DNA of 64,000 nt, taken from the NCBI GenBank assembly GCA_963762565.1, contig CAVXLD010000005.1, forward strand, positions 96,001 to 160,000. Reading direction: 5' to 3'. Below, in pieces: positions 19,076 through 27,581 of the stretch. A model generated the notes under the pieces. It was not told where the DNA came from and searched no databases. It saw only the letters and a list, made by a program, of their open reading frames with translations. The stretch is from an uncultured Verrucomicrobiae bacterium (GTDB lineage Bacteria > Verrucomicrobiota > Verrucomicrobiia > Chthoniobacterales > JAFAMB01). Position 1 is the stretch's first letter. Each line of letters begins with the position of its first letter. The position numbers and the translations under genes were made by a program.

Positions 19076-19120
19076 TGAACAATGATCAATAAATGAACTA
19101 TGTTTACTAAACGACGTTCA
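19076..19120. promoter_or_regulatory. three imperfect palindromes TRAAC-N3-GWTYA (putative TetR operators)
   Basis: tgaacaatgatca (19076), tgaactatgttta (19094), taaacgacgttca (19108) between divergent genes. Confidence 0.65.
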
Positions 19121-19164
19121 GTTTGCATTGGATTTTGGGCCCGTCAACCCTATTTTAGAGTCCA

Positions 19165-19779
19165 GTGTCGACCATCGCTCGCGCCCGACGTAAACAAGTC
19201 CTTCGCCAGAAAATCTTAGATGTATCCCGCGAAATCCTGCTCTCCCAGGGGTTCGCAGCGCTCACCATGCGACGGGTGGCTGAAGCGATCGATTATTCTC
19301 CCGCGGCGATCTATCTGCATTTCGAAAGCCGGGAACAGATCGCGCAAGAACTTTGTTTTGCCGGGCTTAAACGGCTTTATGAGCGGCTCCAGAGTGTCGC
19401 TGCGAAAGATCCGGCAACCCAGCTGTCTGGTTATGCTCGGGCTTATCTTGAGTATGCCCAAAGCGACCCGGAAACCTACCGACTTATTTTTATGGCGGAC
19501 TCGCAGCTCAGCAAAGCGGTTTTCACTCATCGCGAGGCCGACAAAGCCGGAGCCGGAGAAGCGGCCCTTGGGCTGATTTTGACCGCATTTACCGAGCTTC
19601 AAATCGGTTCAAAAAAGCTGCAGCCGAAACCCATGGAGCTCGCTGAGCTCTTTTGGTCCGGCCTGCATGGATTAGCCAGCCTGCGGATCGCGTGTTCCCG
19701 TGCGTTGACGAGCGATGAATTCCGGTTGGCCCAGATGTTAACGGCGACGATAACGGGGAAGACAGGAGCTAGGAGCTAG
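19165..19779 (+). CDS. TetR/AcrR family regulator (WHG-type C-terminus)
   Basis: GFAALTMRRVAEAIDYSPAAIYLHF; FWSGLHGLASL. Confidence 0.92.
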   Translation: MSTIARARRKQVLRQKILDVSREILLSQGFAALTMRRVAEAIDYSPAAIYLHFESREQIAQELCFAGLKRLYERLQSVAAKDPATQLSGYARAYLEYAQSDPETYRLIFMADSQLSKAVFTHREADKAGAGEAALGLILTAFTELQIGSKKLQPKPMELAELFWSGLHGLASLRIACSRALTSDEFRLAQMLTATITGKTGARS

Positions 19780-20032
19780 GAGAGGCGCCAAGCCGGCAAT
19801 ATTGATTAGCCGCGAAGCGGGGAGGGCGCGCGTCCCCGCGCGCCGCGAGGGCGCGCCACCCCGAGAGTGTATTTTCGTCCGCGATCACAACACCACCTCG
19901 GCTTCGGTAACCACGGACCGCGAGGACGCGGTCCCTCCCGGCGATGGGCCTGCACTCAACCCAAGAACGACCCTTCCGGGAGTGGCGTTGTGTCGTTATT
20001 TGTGCGTTCTATGCCCTCTTTTGCGGCTATTC

Positions 20033-21061
20033 CTAGGCCGGGGCATTCGCAGTCGCTTCGATCACGACCATGGGCGGACGGATCGGTTTGACCTTGGAGA
20101 AGCGGAAACCCGCCATCTCGATCAATCCGCGGTACTCGTCCAGTGTCCGCTCGCGCCCGGTTAACATCACCATCATGTTTAGATCCATCAATGGTCCGAA
20201 AGGCGGTTCGCCCATTTCGCCGAGCAACATCTCGATTATCGCGACTCTGCCACCGGGTCTGATTGATTCCCGGCATCGCTTCAGGATCGATACGGCTTCT
20301 TTGTCACTCCAATCATGGAGAACGTGTTTGAGCAGATAGAGATCTGCGGCCGGCACGAATTCGAAAAAGTTTGCCGGGAAAGCGGTGCTCCGGTTGCTAA
20401 ACCCTAACTCGCGGGCAGCCGTTTCGGCGCGTCTTACCACCTCGGGTAAGTCGACTACGATACCATGCAGATGCGGGTTTGCTGCCATCAAGCCATGAAC
20501 CAATGTGCCGCTGGCGCCTCCGATATCAGCAACCAATGCTACGTCCGAGGTGTCGATAGCGCCGACTACATCTTCAACAAGACCGGAAGTAAATCCGTGC
20601 ATCGCTCGAGTGAAGGCTGCGCCTTCTTCCGGTTGTTCCTTATAATAATCCCAGATGCTGCCTCCGAGAGTTGAAAGTGTCTGCGGCGCATTTGTGCGTA
20701 ACGCAGTCGCCAATTTACCCCAAGGTTGCCAATGCCCTGACGAAGTCCAAGCGACGGCGAGACTATGCAATGAACCGGCGACATCGCTCTGCAGAGTGCC
20801 GAGCAACCGGGTCGCCGTAAACCTGGTTCCATCGTAAGTGACAAGGCCAAGCGACCCACAGGCACGGAGCAACCGGAAAGTCGCTTCTGGATCGATCCCT
20901 TCCCAGCCCGCAATCTCATCTGCAGTCGCTGATCCTTTAGCCAGATGATCTGCGATGGAGTAAGTAGCGATGGCGCCGGCAATCTGGGTCGTTAAGAAAC
21001 CGGTAAGCATGCCCATCATCTGACCAAAATCTTCTCCTGTTGGTGATAACCTCGTCGTCAT
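20033..21061 (-). CDS. SAM-dependent O-methyltransferase with dimerisation domain
   Basis: VADIGGASG; ADLYLLKHVLHDWSD; DLNMMVMLTGRERT. Confidence 0.92.
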   Translation of the reverse strand: MTTRLSPTGEDFGQMMGMLTGFLTTQIAGAIATYSIADHLAKGSATADEIAGWEGIDPEATFRLLRACGSLGLVTYDGTRFTATRLLGTLQSDVAGSLHSLAVAWTSSGHWQPWGKLATALRTNAPQTLSTLGGSIWDYYKEQPEEGAAFTRAMHGFTSGLVEDVVGAIDTSDVALVADIGGASGTLVHGLMAANPHLHGIVVDLPEVVRRAETAARELGFSNRSTAFPANFFEFVPAADLYLLKHVLHDWSDKEAVSILKRCRESIRPGGRVAIIEMLLGEMGEPPFGPLMDLNMMVMLTGRERTLDEYRGLIEMAGFRFSKVKPIRPPMVVIEATANAPA

Positions 21062-21205
21062 AGCTGCATGTTTTAGCCCAGGAGTAACGCCTTCGATTCG
21101 ATTATGTCCGGGCTGCCGTAAACGAAGTCTGGATTTTGCGGGTGGGTATCATTCTCGTTCTCGTTCTCGTCCTCGTCGTCGTCCTCGAAACTGGGTTTGG
21201 CTGAT

Positions 21206-21525
21206 GCAACGTGCGATCGCCCAGCGCCTGGAGGGGAGCCGCTTTGGCGTGTATTAGGTGACCTCGCGATATTTGCTTTAGCGCTCCGGTCGGCCAAAGA
21301 ATATCGCAACAGGCGGCTCCCGCGAATGACCCAACGGTTCGCAGCTCTACGGTCGGCGGCTGAACGAATCGAAACTCACACGTGAATGCATCACGCTGGG
21401 TTACTCCCGGGAGCCGCTTGTTTTCACACGCAATGGCCGGACTACCTTTGGGAGGAAATGTGCTAGGGCGGCGATATGCGCACCAAAGCGGCTCCCCTCC
21501 AAGCGCTGGGCGATGGCACGCTGTA
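21206..21525. mobile_element. palindromic MITE/REPIN-like element about 300 bp (homologue 25236-25515)
   Basis: cccagcgcctggaggggagccgctttg ... caaagcggctcccctcca(a/g)gcgctggg with inner gcggctcccg / cgggagccgc pair. Confidence 0.8.
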
Positions 21526-21683
21526 TCGACCCGCGAACCTTTCGACGACGACTACGATCGAGCCGCGACACGTCTCTACTAGCTCCTAGATTCTAGCTCC
21601 TGGGTGCTTTTCTCTTTGGGCTATTCCCAACTCCCTCCTTTGAGACATTGACGCAGTCCAAGCTTCAACGGACGGTTGGTTCC

Positions 21684-22790
21684 ATGGATCATTCGAAGAC
21701 GGCAGAGGGGAGAATAGAAACCGGACTTTTCACACCCTTAACCATTCGCGGGGTGAATTTTCGTAACCGGATCGCGGTTTCTCCGATGTGCGAGTACTCG
21801 TGCCAGGATGGTTTCGCGAACGACTGGCATCTGGTTCACTTGGGAAGTCGGGCGGTTGGCGGGGCGGCGTTAGTGCTCACAGAGGCTGCCGCTGTGGAAG
21901 CACGTGGCCGGATCTCACCCGCTGATCTGGGGATCTGGAAGGATGAACATATCGAGAAACTGTCGCAGATCACCTCGTTTATTAAAGAGCAAGGTGTTCT
22001 ACCCGGAATGCAGATCGCCCACGCGGGTAGGAAAGCGAGTTGCCGGGTTCCATGGGAAGGCGGCTCCGCCATTCCGGCGGGGGAAGGTGGCTGGCAAACG
22101 GTCGCCCCTAGCGCTGTGCCGTTCCGTAACACTGATCCTGCCCCTAATGAATTAAGCCTCCCTGAAATCGTAAGAATCGTGGAAGCCTTTGGTGCAGCTG
22201 CTCGTCGGGCGTTAGCTGCCGGGTTCCAGGTGATTGAGATCCATGCTGCACATGGCTATCTACTGCACGAATTTTATTCGCCGCTGTCTAATCGGCGTAC
22301 CGACGAGTATGGCGGTTCGTTCGAAAACCGGATCAGGCTCACCCTTGAAGTGGCAAAGACGGTCCGCTCAATTTTATCGGGTCACAATCCATTGTTTGTC
22401 CGGATCTCATCTACAGACTGGATGGAGAACGGTTGGACACTGGACGAGTCAGTTAAACTAGCTGAACGCCTGCGGGACGTTGGAGTCGATCTAATCGATT
22501 GTTCTTCTGGCGGAGTGGTTCCCAATGCGAAAATCAGTGTTGGCCCTGCTTATCAAGCGCCGTTCGCTGAACGGATCCGAAAGGAAGCCGATATTTTAAC
22601 TGGAGCTGTTGGCATGATCACGGATCCCGACCAAGCAAACCGGATCGTTCGATCCGGACAAGCCGATCTCGTGTTGTTAGCTCGCCAAATGCTTCGAGAT
22701 CCTTACTGGCCATTGCACGCAGCACAAGCTCTTAAGGGCCCGCTCGAGCCGCCTGTGCAATATTTGCGGGCGTTCCCGGAACAGGAGTGA
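21684..22790 (+). CDS. namA: NADH:flavin oxidoreductase, old yellow enzyme YqjM/NamA type
   Basis: NRIAVSPMCEYS; QIAHAGRKAS; IEIHAAHGYLLHEF.SPLSN.RTDEYGGSFENR. Confidence 0.9.
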   Translation: MDHSKTAEGRIETGLFTPLTIRGVNFRNRIAVSPMCEYSCQDGFANDWHLVHLGSRAVGGAALVLTEAAAVEARGRISPADLGIWKDEHIEKLSQITSFIKEQGVLPGMQIAHAGRKASCRVPWEGGSAIPAGEGGWQTVAPSAVPFRNTDPAPNELSLPEIVRIVEAFGAAARRALAAGFQVIEIHAAHGYLLHEFYSPLSNRRTDEYGGSFENRIRLTLEVAKTVRSILSGHNPLFVRISSTDWMENGWTLDESVKLAERLRDVGVDLIDCSSGGVVPNAKISVGPAYQAPFAERIRKEADILTGAVGMITDPDQANRIVRSGQADLVLLARQMLRDPYWPLHAAQALKGPLEPPVQYLRAFPEQE

Positions 22791-22956
22791 GAGGCGGCGC
22801 TTCGCGAATAGCCGATAGCCGAGCGAAGCGCATAACAGATGACAAATGACAAATGACAGATTCGACCTGTGCGTGGCAGACGGCAATTGGGGCGCCGCAT
22901 ACCGATCCGAGTTGCCATCGGCTATCGGCTATTGGCTATTGGTCATGCGCGAAGCG

Positions 22957-23742
22957 CTAGTCGCGGACGCCGAGAACGGCGTCTTGCACTTGGTCGATTA
23001 GTGCGCCGTTCATCGGGATCGAAATATCGCTGAGCAGGAACAAAGCGAGGTGGGCGACATCTTGCGGCTTGATAAGCCGGCCCCATGACATGCGGGCCTC
23101 GGCTTCCTCCAACCATGCTTCGCCTCTTCCCAGTTTCACCGCTTGCATCTCCCGTTCTCCGTCAGTGTCCGCCCAACCGAGGTTAATCCCGAATATGCGG
23201 ATCCGATCCTTTCTATGGGCAAAAGCAGCGTTCTTGGTGAGAAGCGAGAGCGCGGCCTTAGTAGCGCCATAGATCGCGAGATTAACCGATGCTCCGTGGG
23301 CTTGGAACGATAAGACATTGACAATCGAGCCGGGTGCTTTGCGTTCCTGCAGATGGCGGATCACAGCCTGCATCAGAAACATCGGGGCACGCGTGTTTAC
23401 GGCAAACAGAAGATCAAAGAAGGCCGGATCCACCGTGGCCACCGACCCGCGGTCGCTGAGCCCGGCCGCATTAACCAACCCATCTAGCCGGCCAAACTGT
23501 TCGACGGCTGACGCTACAATCTTGCCAGGAGCGTCATGCTCCACCAGGTCGCCGGGAACAAAAGCGGCTTTCGCCCCTAGTTTCGATATTTCGGCGGCGA
23601 CCGCATCCACACGCTTGCTTGGGCGATCAGTGAGAACAATTCCGGCCGCACCAGAGCGGGCAGCTTCAATCGCAATTGCTCTGCCCAGGCCTTGCGCAGC
23701 GCCAGTTACCAGAAAAATTTTGTTATCAACACGAACTTCCAT
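22957..23742 (-). CDS. SDR family oxidoreductase
   Basis: TGAAQGLG; VNAAG; YGATK. Confidence 0.92.
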   Translation of the reverse strand: MEVRVDNKIFLVTGAAQGLGRAIAIEAARSGAAGIVLTDRPSKRVDAVAAEISKLGAKAAFVPGDLVEHDAPGKIVASAVEQFGRLDGLVNAAGLSDRGSVATVDPAFFDLLFAVNTRAPMFLMQAVIRHLQERKAPGSIVNVLSFQAHGASVNLAIYGATKAALSLLTKNAAFAHRKDRIRIFGINLGWADTDGEREMQAVKLGRGEAWLEEAEARMSWGRLIKPQDVAHLALFLLSDISIPMNGALIDQVQDAVLGVRD

Positions 23743-24039
23743 TTAGGGACCCTTGGAGAGATGGAGCGGTGGAGTGATGGAGTGATGGAGTAACGGAGTA
23801 GCGGAGTGTTGCTGTAGTGGCTGTGGTGCTGGCACGTCTACAAGAGGCGAAGCTTGGGTGGAGAACACCATCTGCGTAAATCTGCGTTCATCCGCCTTCG
23901 CAAAGCCTACGGCGCGACAGGTTCTGCGGTTGAAAATGTTTTGCATTTTATTCGCGTCCATTCGCGGTTTTTGGTTTGCGCTTTTTGTGCCTTTCCGCCT
24001 TCGAAGCGACAGGTTTTGCGGTTAATCCTGGTTTTCGAT

Positions 24040-25110
24040 TTAGGGTGCTGACGCGGTTTCCTGTGGCAACAATACCGCTTTCACGATTTCGCCGGAATGC
24101 ATGGTTTCAAATGCCGTGTGCCACTCGGCTAATGGGAAGATCCGGCTGAACTCTGGACCGAGGTTCAATTGACCCGAGGCCAACAAACGGATGATTCGTT
24201 CCCAGATCGGCCAATTATGCGAAAAGCTGCCCTGCAAGGTCACCGCTTTCTTAACCAATGGATCCAGCGAAAAATTAAATGGTTGATGGCCCCAACCGAC
24301 TTTACTGATCTGGCCGGCCGGCCGAACAATATCCAGTGCGAGCTTGAGCGTAACGGAAACGCCGGCGGCATCGACCACGACATCGAACCCGTGTCCATCT
24401 CGGAGTGACCGGGTCCACGCGACAACATCTTCACCGTCGGCACCGAGAGTCGCGGAAGCGCCAAGCCGCTCTGCAATTTGCAATCGACGTTTATCCGCGG
24501 GCGTACCGATCACGACGATCTCACCGGCGCCGGCAAGCTTTGCCATAGTGGCGCACAGAAGTCCGATCGGCCCTGGCCCGATCACTGCGACCGTGTCGCC
24601 GGGGAAAATACGGGCATTACCACAGGTAGCATTGTAAGCAACACAACAAGGTTCGGTTAAAGCGGCGAGTTCAAAACCTAACTTGTCGGGAACATGATGC
24701 AGGATACGTTCCGGCACCTTTGTGAAGTGGGTCATGGCTCCGTCAACACCAAACCCGTACCCGCGTCGGCCGGGATCCAGATTATACAAGCCGGAGTGAG
24801 CAAAGGGAGAGCTCTCATCGATGATCGCCGCGGTTTCACTGACTACGCGATCTCCTTCCTTAAAACCGTGAACGTTCTTACCGGCCTCAACGATCACTCC
24901 GCCAAACTCGTGCCCTAAGATCACCGGATAATTGATATTCCCGCCGGTGTGCTTCTCGTAAGCTACGTGAATATCGGTGCCGCAAACCCCGACCGCTTGA
25001 ACGGCCAGTAGCACCTCGTTTTCACCAATTTGCGGGACCGGAACTTCGCGGAGCTCGACACTGTGAGGTTCAGCTGCGTAGTTAACAACGGCGGGCATTG
25101 TGCTATTCAT
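24040..25110 (-). CDS. zinc-binding (MDR) sugar-alcohol dehydrogenase
   Basis: GVCGTD; LGHEFGG; LTEPCCVAY; GPGPIG; the upstream ORF extension is repeat-derived. Confidence 0.9.
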   Translation of the reverse strand: MNSTMPAVVNYAAEPHSVELREVPVPQIGENEVLLAVQAVGVCGTDIHVAYEKHTGGNINYPVILGHEFGGVIVEAGKNVHGFKEGDRVVSETAAIIDESSPFAHSGLYNLDPGRRGYGFGVDGAMTHFTKVPERILHHVPDKLGFELAALTEPCCVAYNATCGNARIFPGDTVAVIGPGPIGLLCATMAKLAGAGEIVVIGTPADKRRLQIAERLGASATLGADGEDVVAWTRSLRDGHGFDVVVDAAGVSVTLKLALDIVRPAGQISKVGWGHQPFNFSLDPLVKKAVTLQGSFSHNWPIWERIIRLLASGQLNLGPEFSRIFPLAEWHTAFETMHSGEIVKAVLLPQETASAP

Positions 25111-25235
25111 GAGCAATGGGGTTGCATGACATGTGGATCGATTGTGGACGGCATGCAAGGGGCAGGTGAGAAGGAGAGGTGAAAGGTGATTGGTGATTGG
25201 TGGCGGTCGAGTCGTGGAGCGATGGTCGTACCCGA

Positions 25236-25515
25236 AGCGGGCGGAGAAACCCAGCGCCTGGAGGGGAGCCGCTTTGCAGGTCGGCAGCTTTGTCGGGCGG
25301 CAGCCACCGAAAGCATTCGGGGTAGACAGGCGGCTCCCGGGAATAGTCCCTGGCGATGCTTTTGCCCGGCGTCTCTGTTTCGATTCCGTTAGTCGAGGCG
25401 AGTTCAACAGAGCTGCAAAACGCTGGCACATTCCCGGGAGCCGCCTGCTGCGAACCTGCAAAGCTGCCAACCTACAAAGCGGCTCCCCTCCAGGCGCTGG
25501 GTTTCTCCGCCCGCT
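25236..25515. mobile_element. 280 bp palindromic MITE/REPIN-like element with ~57-bp terminal inverted repeats
   Basis: 25236-25292 versus 25459-25515 near-perfect inverted match; inner gcggctcccgggaat / attcccgggagccgc. Confidence 0.82.
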
Positions 25516-25576
25516 CGGGCACCGCTCCGTCACGATTCGAAGCTGCAAACGACCCCATTCTGGCTAATCTTGCGCG

Positions 25577-26398
25577 ATGGATCAGAACCCCTCATTGCGA
25601 ATTGCATTCAGTACTTTGGCGTTCACGGATCGGAACCTGGAGGCGGCGATCTCGCTTGGCAGCTCGCTAGGCTACGCTGGTGTCGAGCTGCGGGTCATTG
25701 ACGGAAAACTATTTGATTCTTCCTTGTCCGCCGTCGACCGCGCACGCGTTAAGCAGACGGTTGCGGCCGCTCGTTTGCCGATTGTGGCGGTCGGTAGCTC
25801 GGTCGTTCTCACCAAAGAAGAACCTGGTCCTGAACTGCGCCGAATGCTCGAGCTCACGAACGAATGGGAATCGCCGTTTATCCGCGTCTATGGCGGTCAG
25901 TTATCCGAAGATTCTGCGACTCGCCAAAAGCAGATGGAGTCGGCGGTTAAAGTGTTGGAGGAAGCGATCCCGATCGCCGAACGCCTTGGTGTGGTTATGC
26001 TGATCGAGACGCATGATGGCTTTTCCGCTTCTTCGGTGACGGCGGAACTCCTGGCCAAGGTTCCATCAAAATGGGTCGGCGCCATATGGGATAGTCTTCA
26101 CCCACATCGGATGGGGGAAACACCCACTGAAGTTTACCAGAACATTGGTGCTCGAACTTTTCACGTCCACATTAAGGATGGCCGGCGTTCAGCGGCACAC
26201 AAAGGCGGTTGGCAACTCGTGCCGTTAGGTGAAGGAGAGGTACCGGTTCCGGAAGTGATCCAATTGCTGGTTGCCGGTGGTTACAAAGGTTTTCTCACGG
26301 TCGAGTGGGAAAAATATTGGCACCCTGAGATCGAAGCGGCTGAAGTGGCTCTTCCACATGAGTTGAAGGTGCTGCAGGGCCTTGTGAATAGCCGATAG
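25577..26398 (+). CDS. sugar phosphate isomerase/epimerase (TIM barrel)
   Basis: GYAGVELR; IETHD; WD..H; HVHIKD; GEGEVP; VEWE. Confidence 0.88.
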   Translation: MDQNPSLRIAFSTLAFTDRNLEAAISLGSSLGYAGVELRVIDGKLFDSSLSAVDRARVKQTVAAARLPIVAVGSSVVLTKEEPGPELRRMLELTNEWESPFIRVYGGQLSEDSATRQKQMESAVKVLEEAIPIAERLGVVMLIETHDGFSASSVTAELLAKVPSKWVGAIWDSLHPHRMGETPTEVYQNIGARTFHVHIKDGRRSAAHKGGWQLVPLGEGEVPVPEVIQLLVAGGYKGFLTVEWEKYWHPEIEAAEVALPHELKVLQGLVNSR

Positions 26399-26413
26399 CC
26401 GATAGCCAAGAGG

Positions 26414-26602
26414 AGAGCCTCGCGCAGAGGACGCGAAGGACGCAACGGATTGTCTATTAACGGGGTTCAACCGGGAGGTTGGCCAGTCGTTTAATACCGT
26501 TTTTAAGATGTTCCTCGCCGAGATTGATCAGGTATCCGAGGACTCAATCCAGATTCTTCCTTGTCTTTCGTTGCGTCCTTTGCGTCCTTTGCGCGAGGCT
26601 CT
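26414..26602. mobile_element. cassette with 34-bp terminal inverted repeats made of GGACGCAAA-type 9-mers
   Basis: 26414-26447 versus 26569-26602, 2 mismatches. Confidence 0.88.
26457..26540 (-). pseudogene. C-terminal remnant of a GxxExxY (PD-(D/E)XK-like) protein
   Basis: Translates LGYLINLGEEHLKNGIKRLANLPVEPR*, preceded across a 1-nt shift by SGLS; matches my recollection of the GxxExxY C-terminal consensus (..GL.LG.LINF....LK.GIKR..N). Confidence 0.7.
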
Positions 26603-26614
26603 GACTTTTCGCAG

Positions 26615-27256
26615 CTATTCCTTCTTCTCGCTGTCCTTCTTTGCTTTCTCCTCGTAGTTTTGCATTAGTTTTTCCGAGGCTTGACGGGCGGCGGCGCGGA
26701 GAAGCATTTCTTGTTCGTCCGGGTTGTTACGAAGGTCTTCGGGTAGGATCGCCGGTAAACTCTTATCGTCACTCTTAATGACTGCTTCGTGTGACCACAG
26801 CGTTTTGTCATCCGGTGTAACCAGTTCGGCGTATAGGGTCATCAGCGGGCGCACTTGGCGTGACACTATCTCCGCCATACCGAAGCCGTATTTGCGTACA
26901 GCCAGACGAAACCGGTCATCTGTCGTACTGTTGTCCTCCGGGGTAAAACCTTTGCTGCGGATGACATCGGAGAATTCTTCATGAACAAAGACGGCGAGCG
27001 GCGTCAGGTTACGGCGTTGGCTGGTCGCGTCATGAACATACTTTTTGACAGCACCTCTGGTCGCCACTGAGGCTGCCAGCCCCATCGAAGCTGCGAGTTC
27101 TATCGATTGGGACAAGCCGATGAACGTCATTTTTTCAGGGTACGGAATGGACTGGTCGACCTGAACAGGGCCGGGAGAAAGAGCACTGGCCGAAATTGAC
27201 TCCAACATCGCGGCACAGATAGCCAAACACAACGCTAAACGATAGGCACAACTCAT
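26615..27256 (-). CDS. hypothetical exported protein
   Basis: Signal-peptide-like N-terminus; 213-aa ORF. Confidence 0.65.
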   Translation of the reverse strand: MSCAYRLALCLAICAAMLESISASALSPGPVQVDQSIPYPEKMTFIGLSQSIELAASMGLAASVATRGAVKKYVHDATSQRRNLTPLAVFVHEEFSDVIRSKGFTPEDNSTTDDRFRLAVRKYGFGMAEIVSRQVRPLMTLYAELVTPDDKTLWSHEAVIKSDDKSLPAILPEDLRNNPDEQEMLLRAAARQASEKLMQNYEEKAKKDSEKKE

Positions 27257-27383
27257 CTACGAGCGTCACACAAAGCCACGATGACACAAAGATCAAGGTT
27301 CGGGTTAATAGCTCCGCCTTCGCCAAGTCTATGGCGCGACTAGCTGCGAAAAGGCACAAAAAGCGCAAAGAAAAAAGCGAAGA

Positions 27384-27556
27384 AAATCTCACGCAAAGAC
27401 GCAAAGACGCAAAGGTTAAGAGGGTGATCTATAAACAATGCGCGGCTCTAGTAGGCTGCGCCCTTTTCAACGCCGAATTTCATCTGCGTAAATCCGCGTC
27501 CATCTGCGGTTCCACTGTCTTTTGCCTTTGCGTCTTTGCGGCTTTGCGTGAGATTT
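27384..27556. repeat. cassette with inverted aaatctcacgcaaagacgcaaagacgcaaagg ends (same family at ~2663, 36368, 52191-52361, ~56535-56563)
   Basis: 27384-27415 versus 27525-27556. Confidence 0.85.
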
Positions 27557-27581
27557 CGTCTTCGTTTTGCGGGCCTCGATC

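Noticed and set aside
25111..25548. 146-aa N-terminal extension of the zinc dehydrogenase ORF
   Set aside because: It runs through a palindromic element and a heptamer array; a good ATG exists at 25110.
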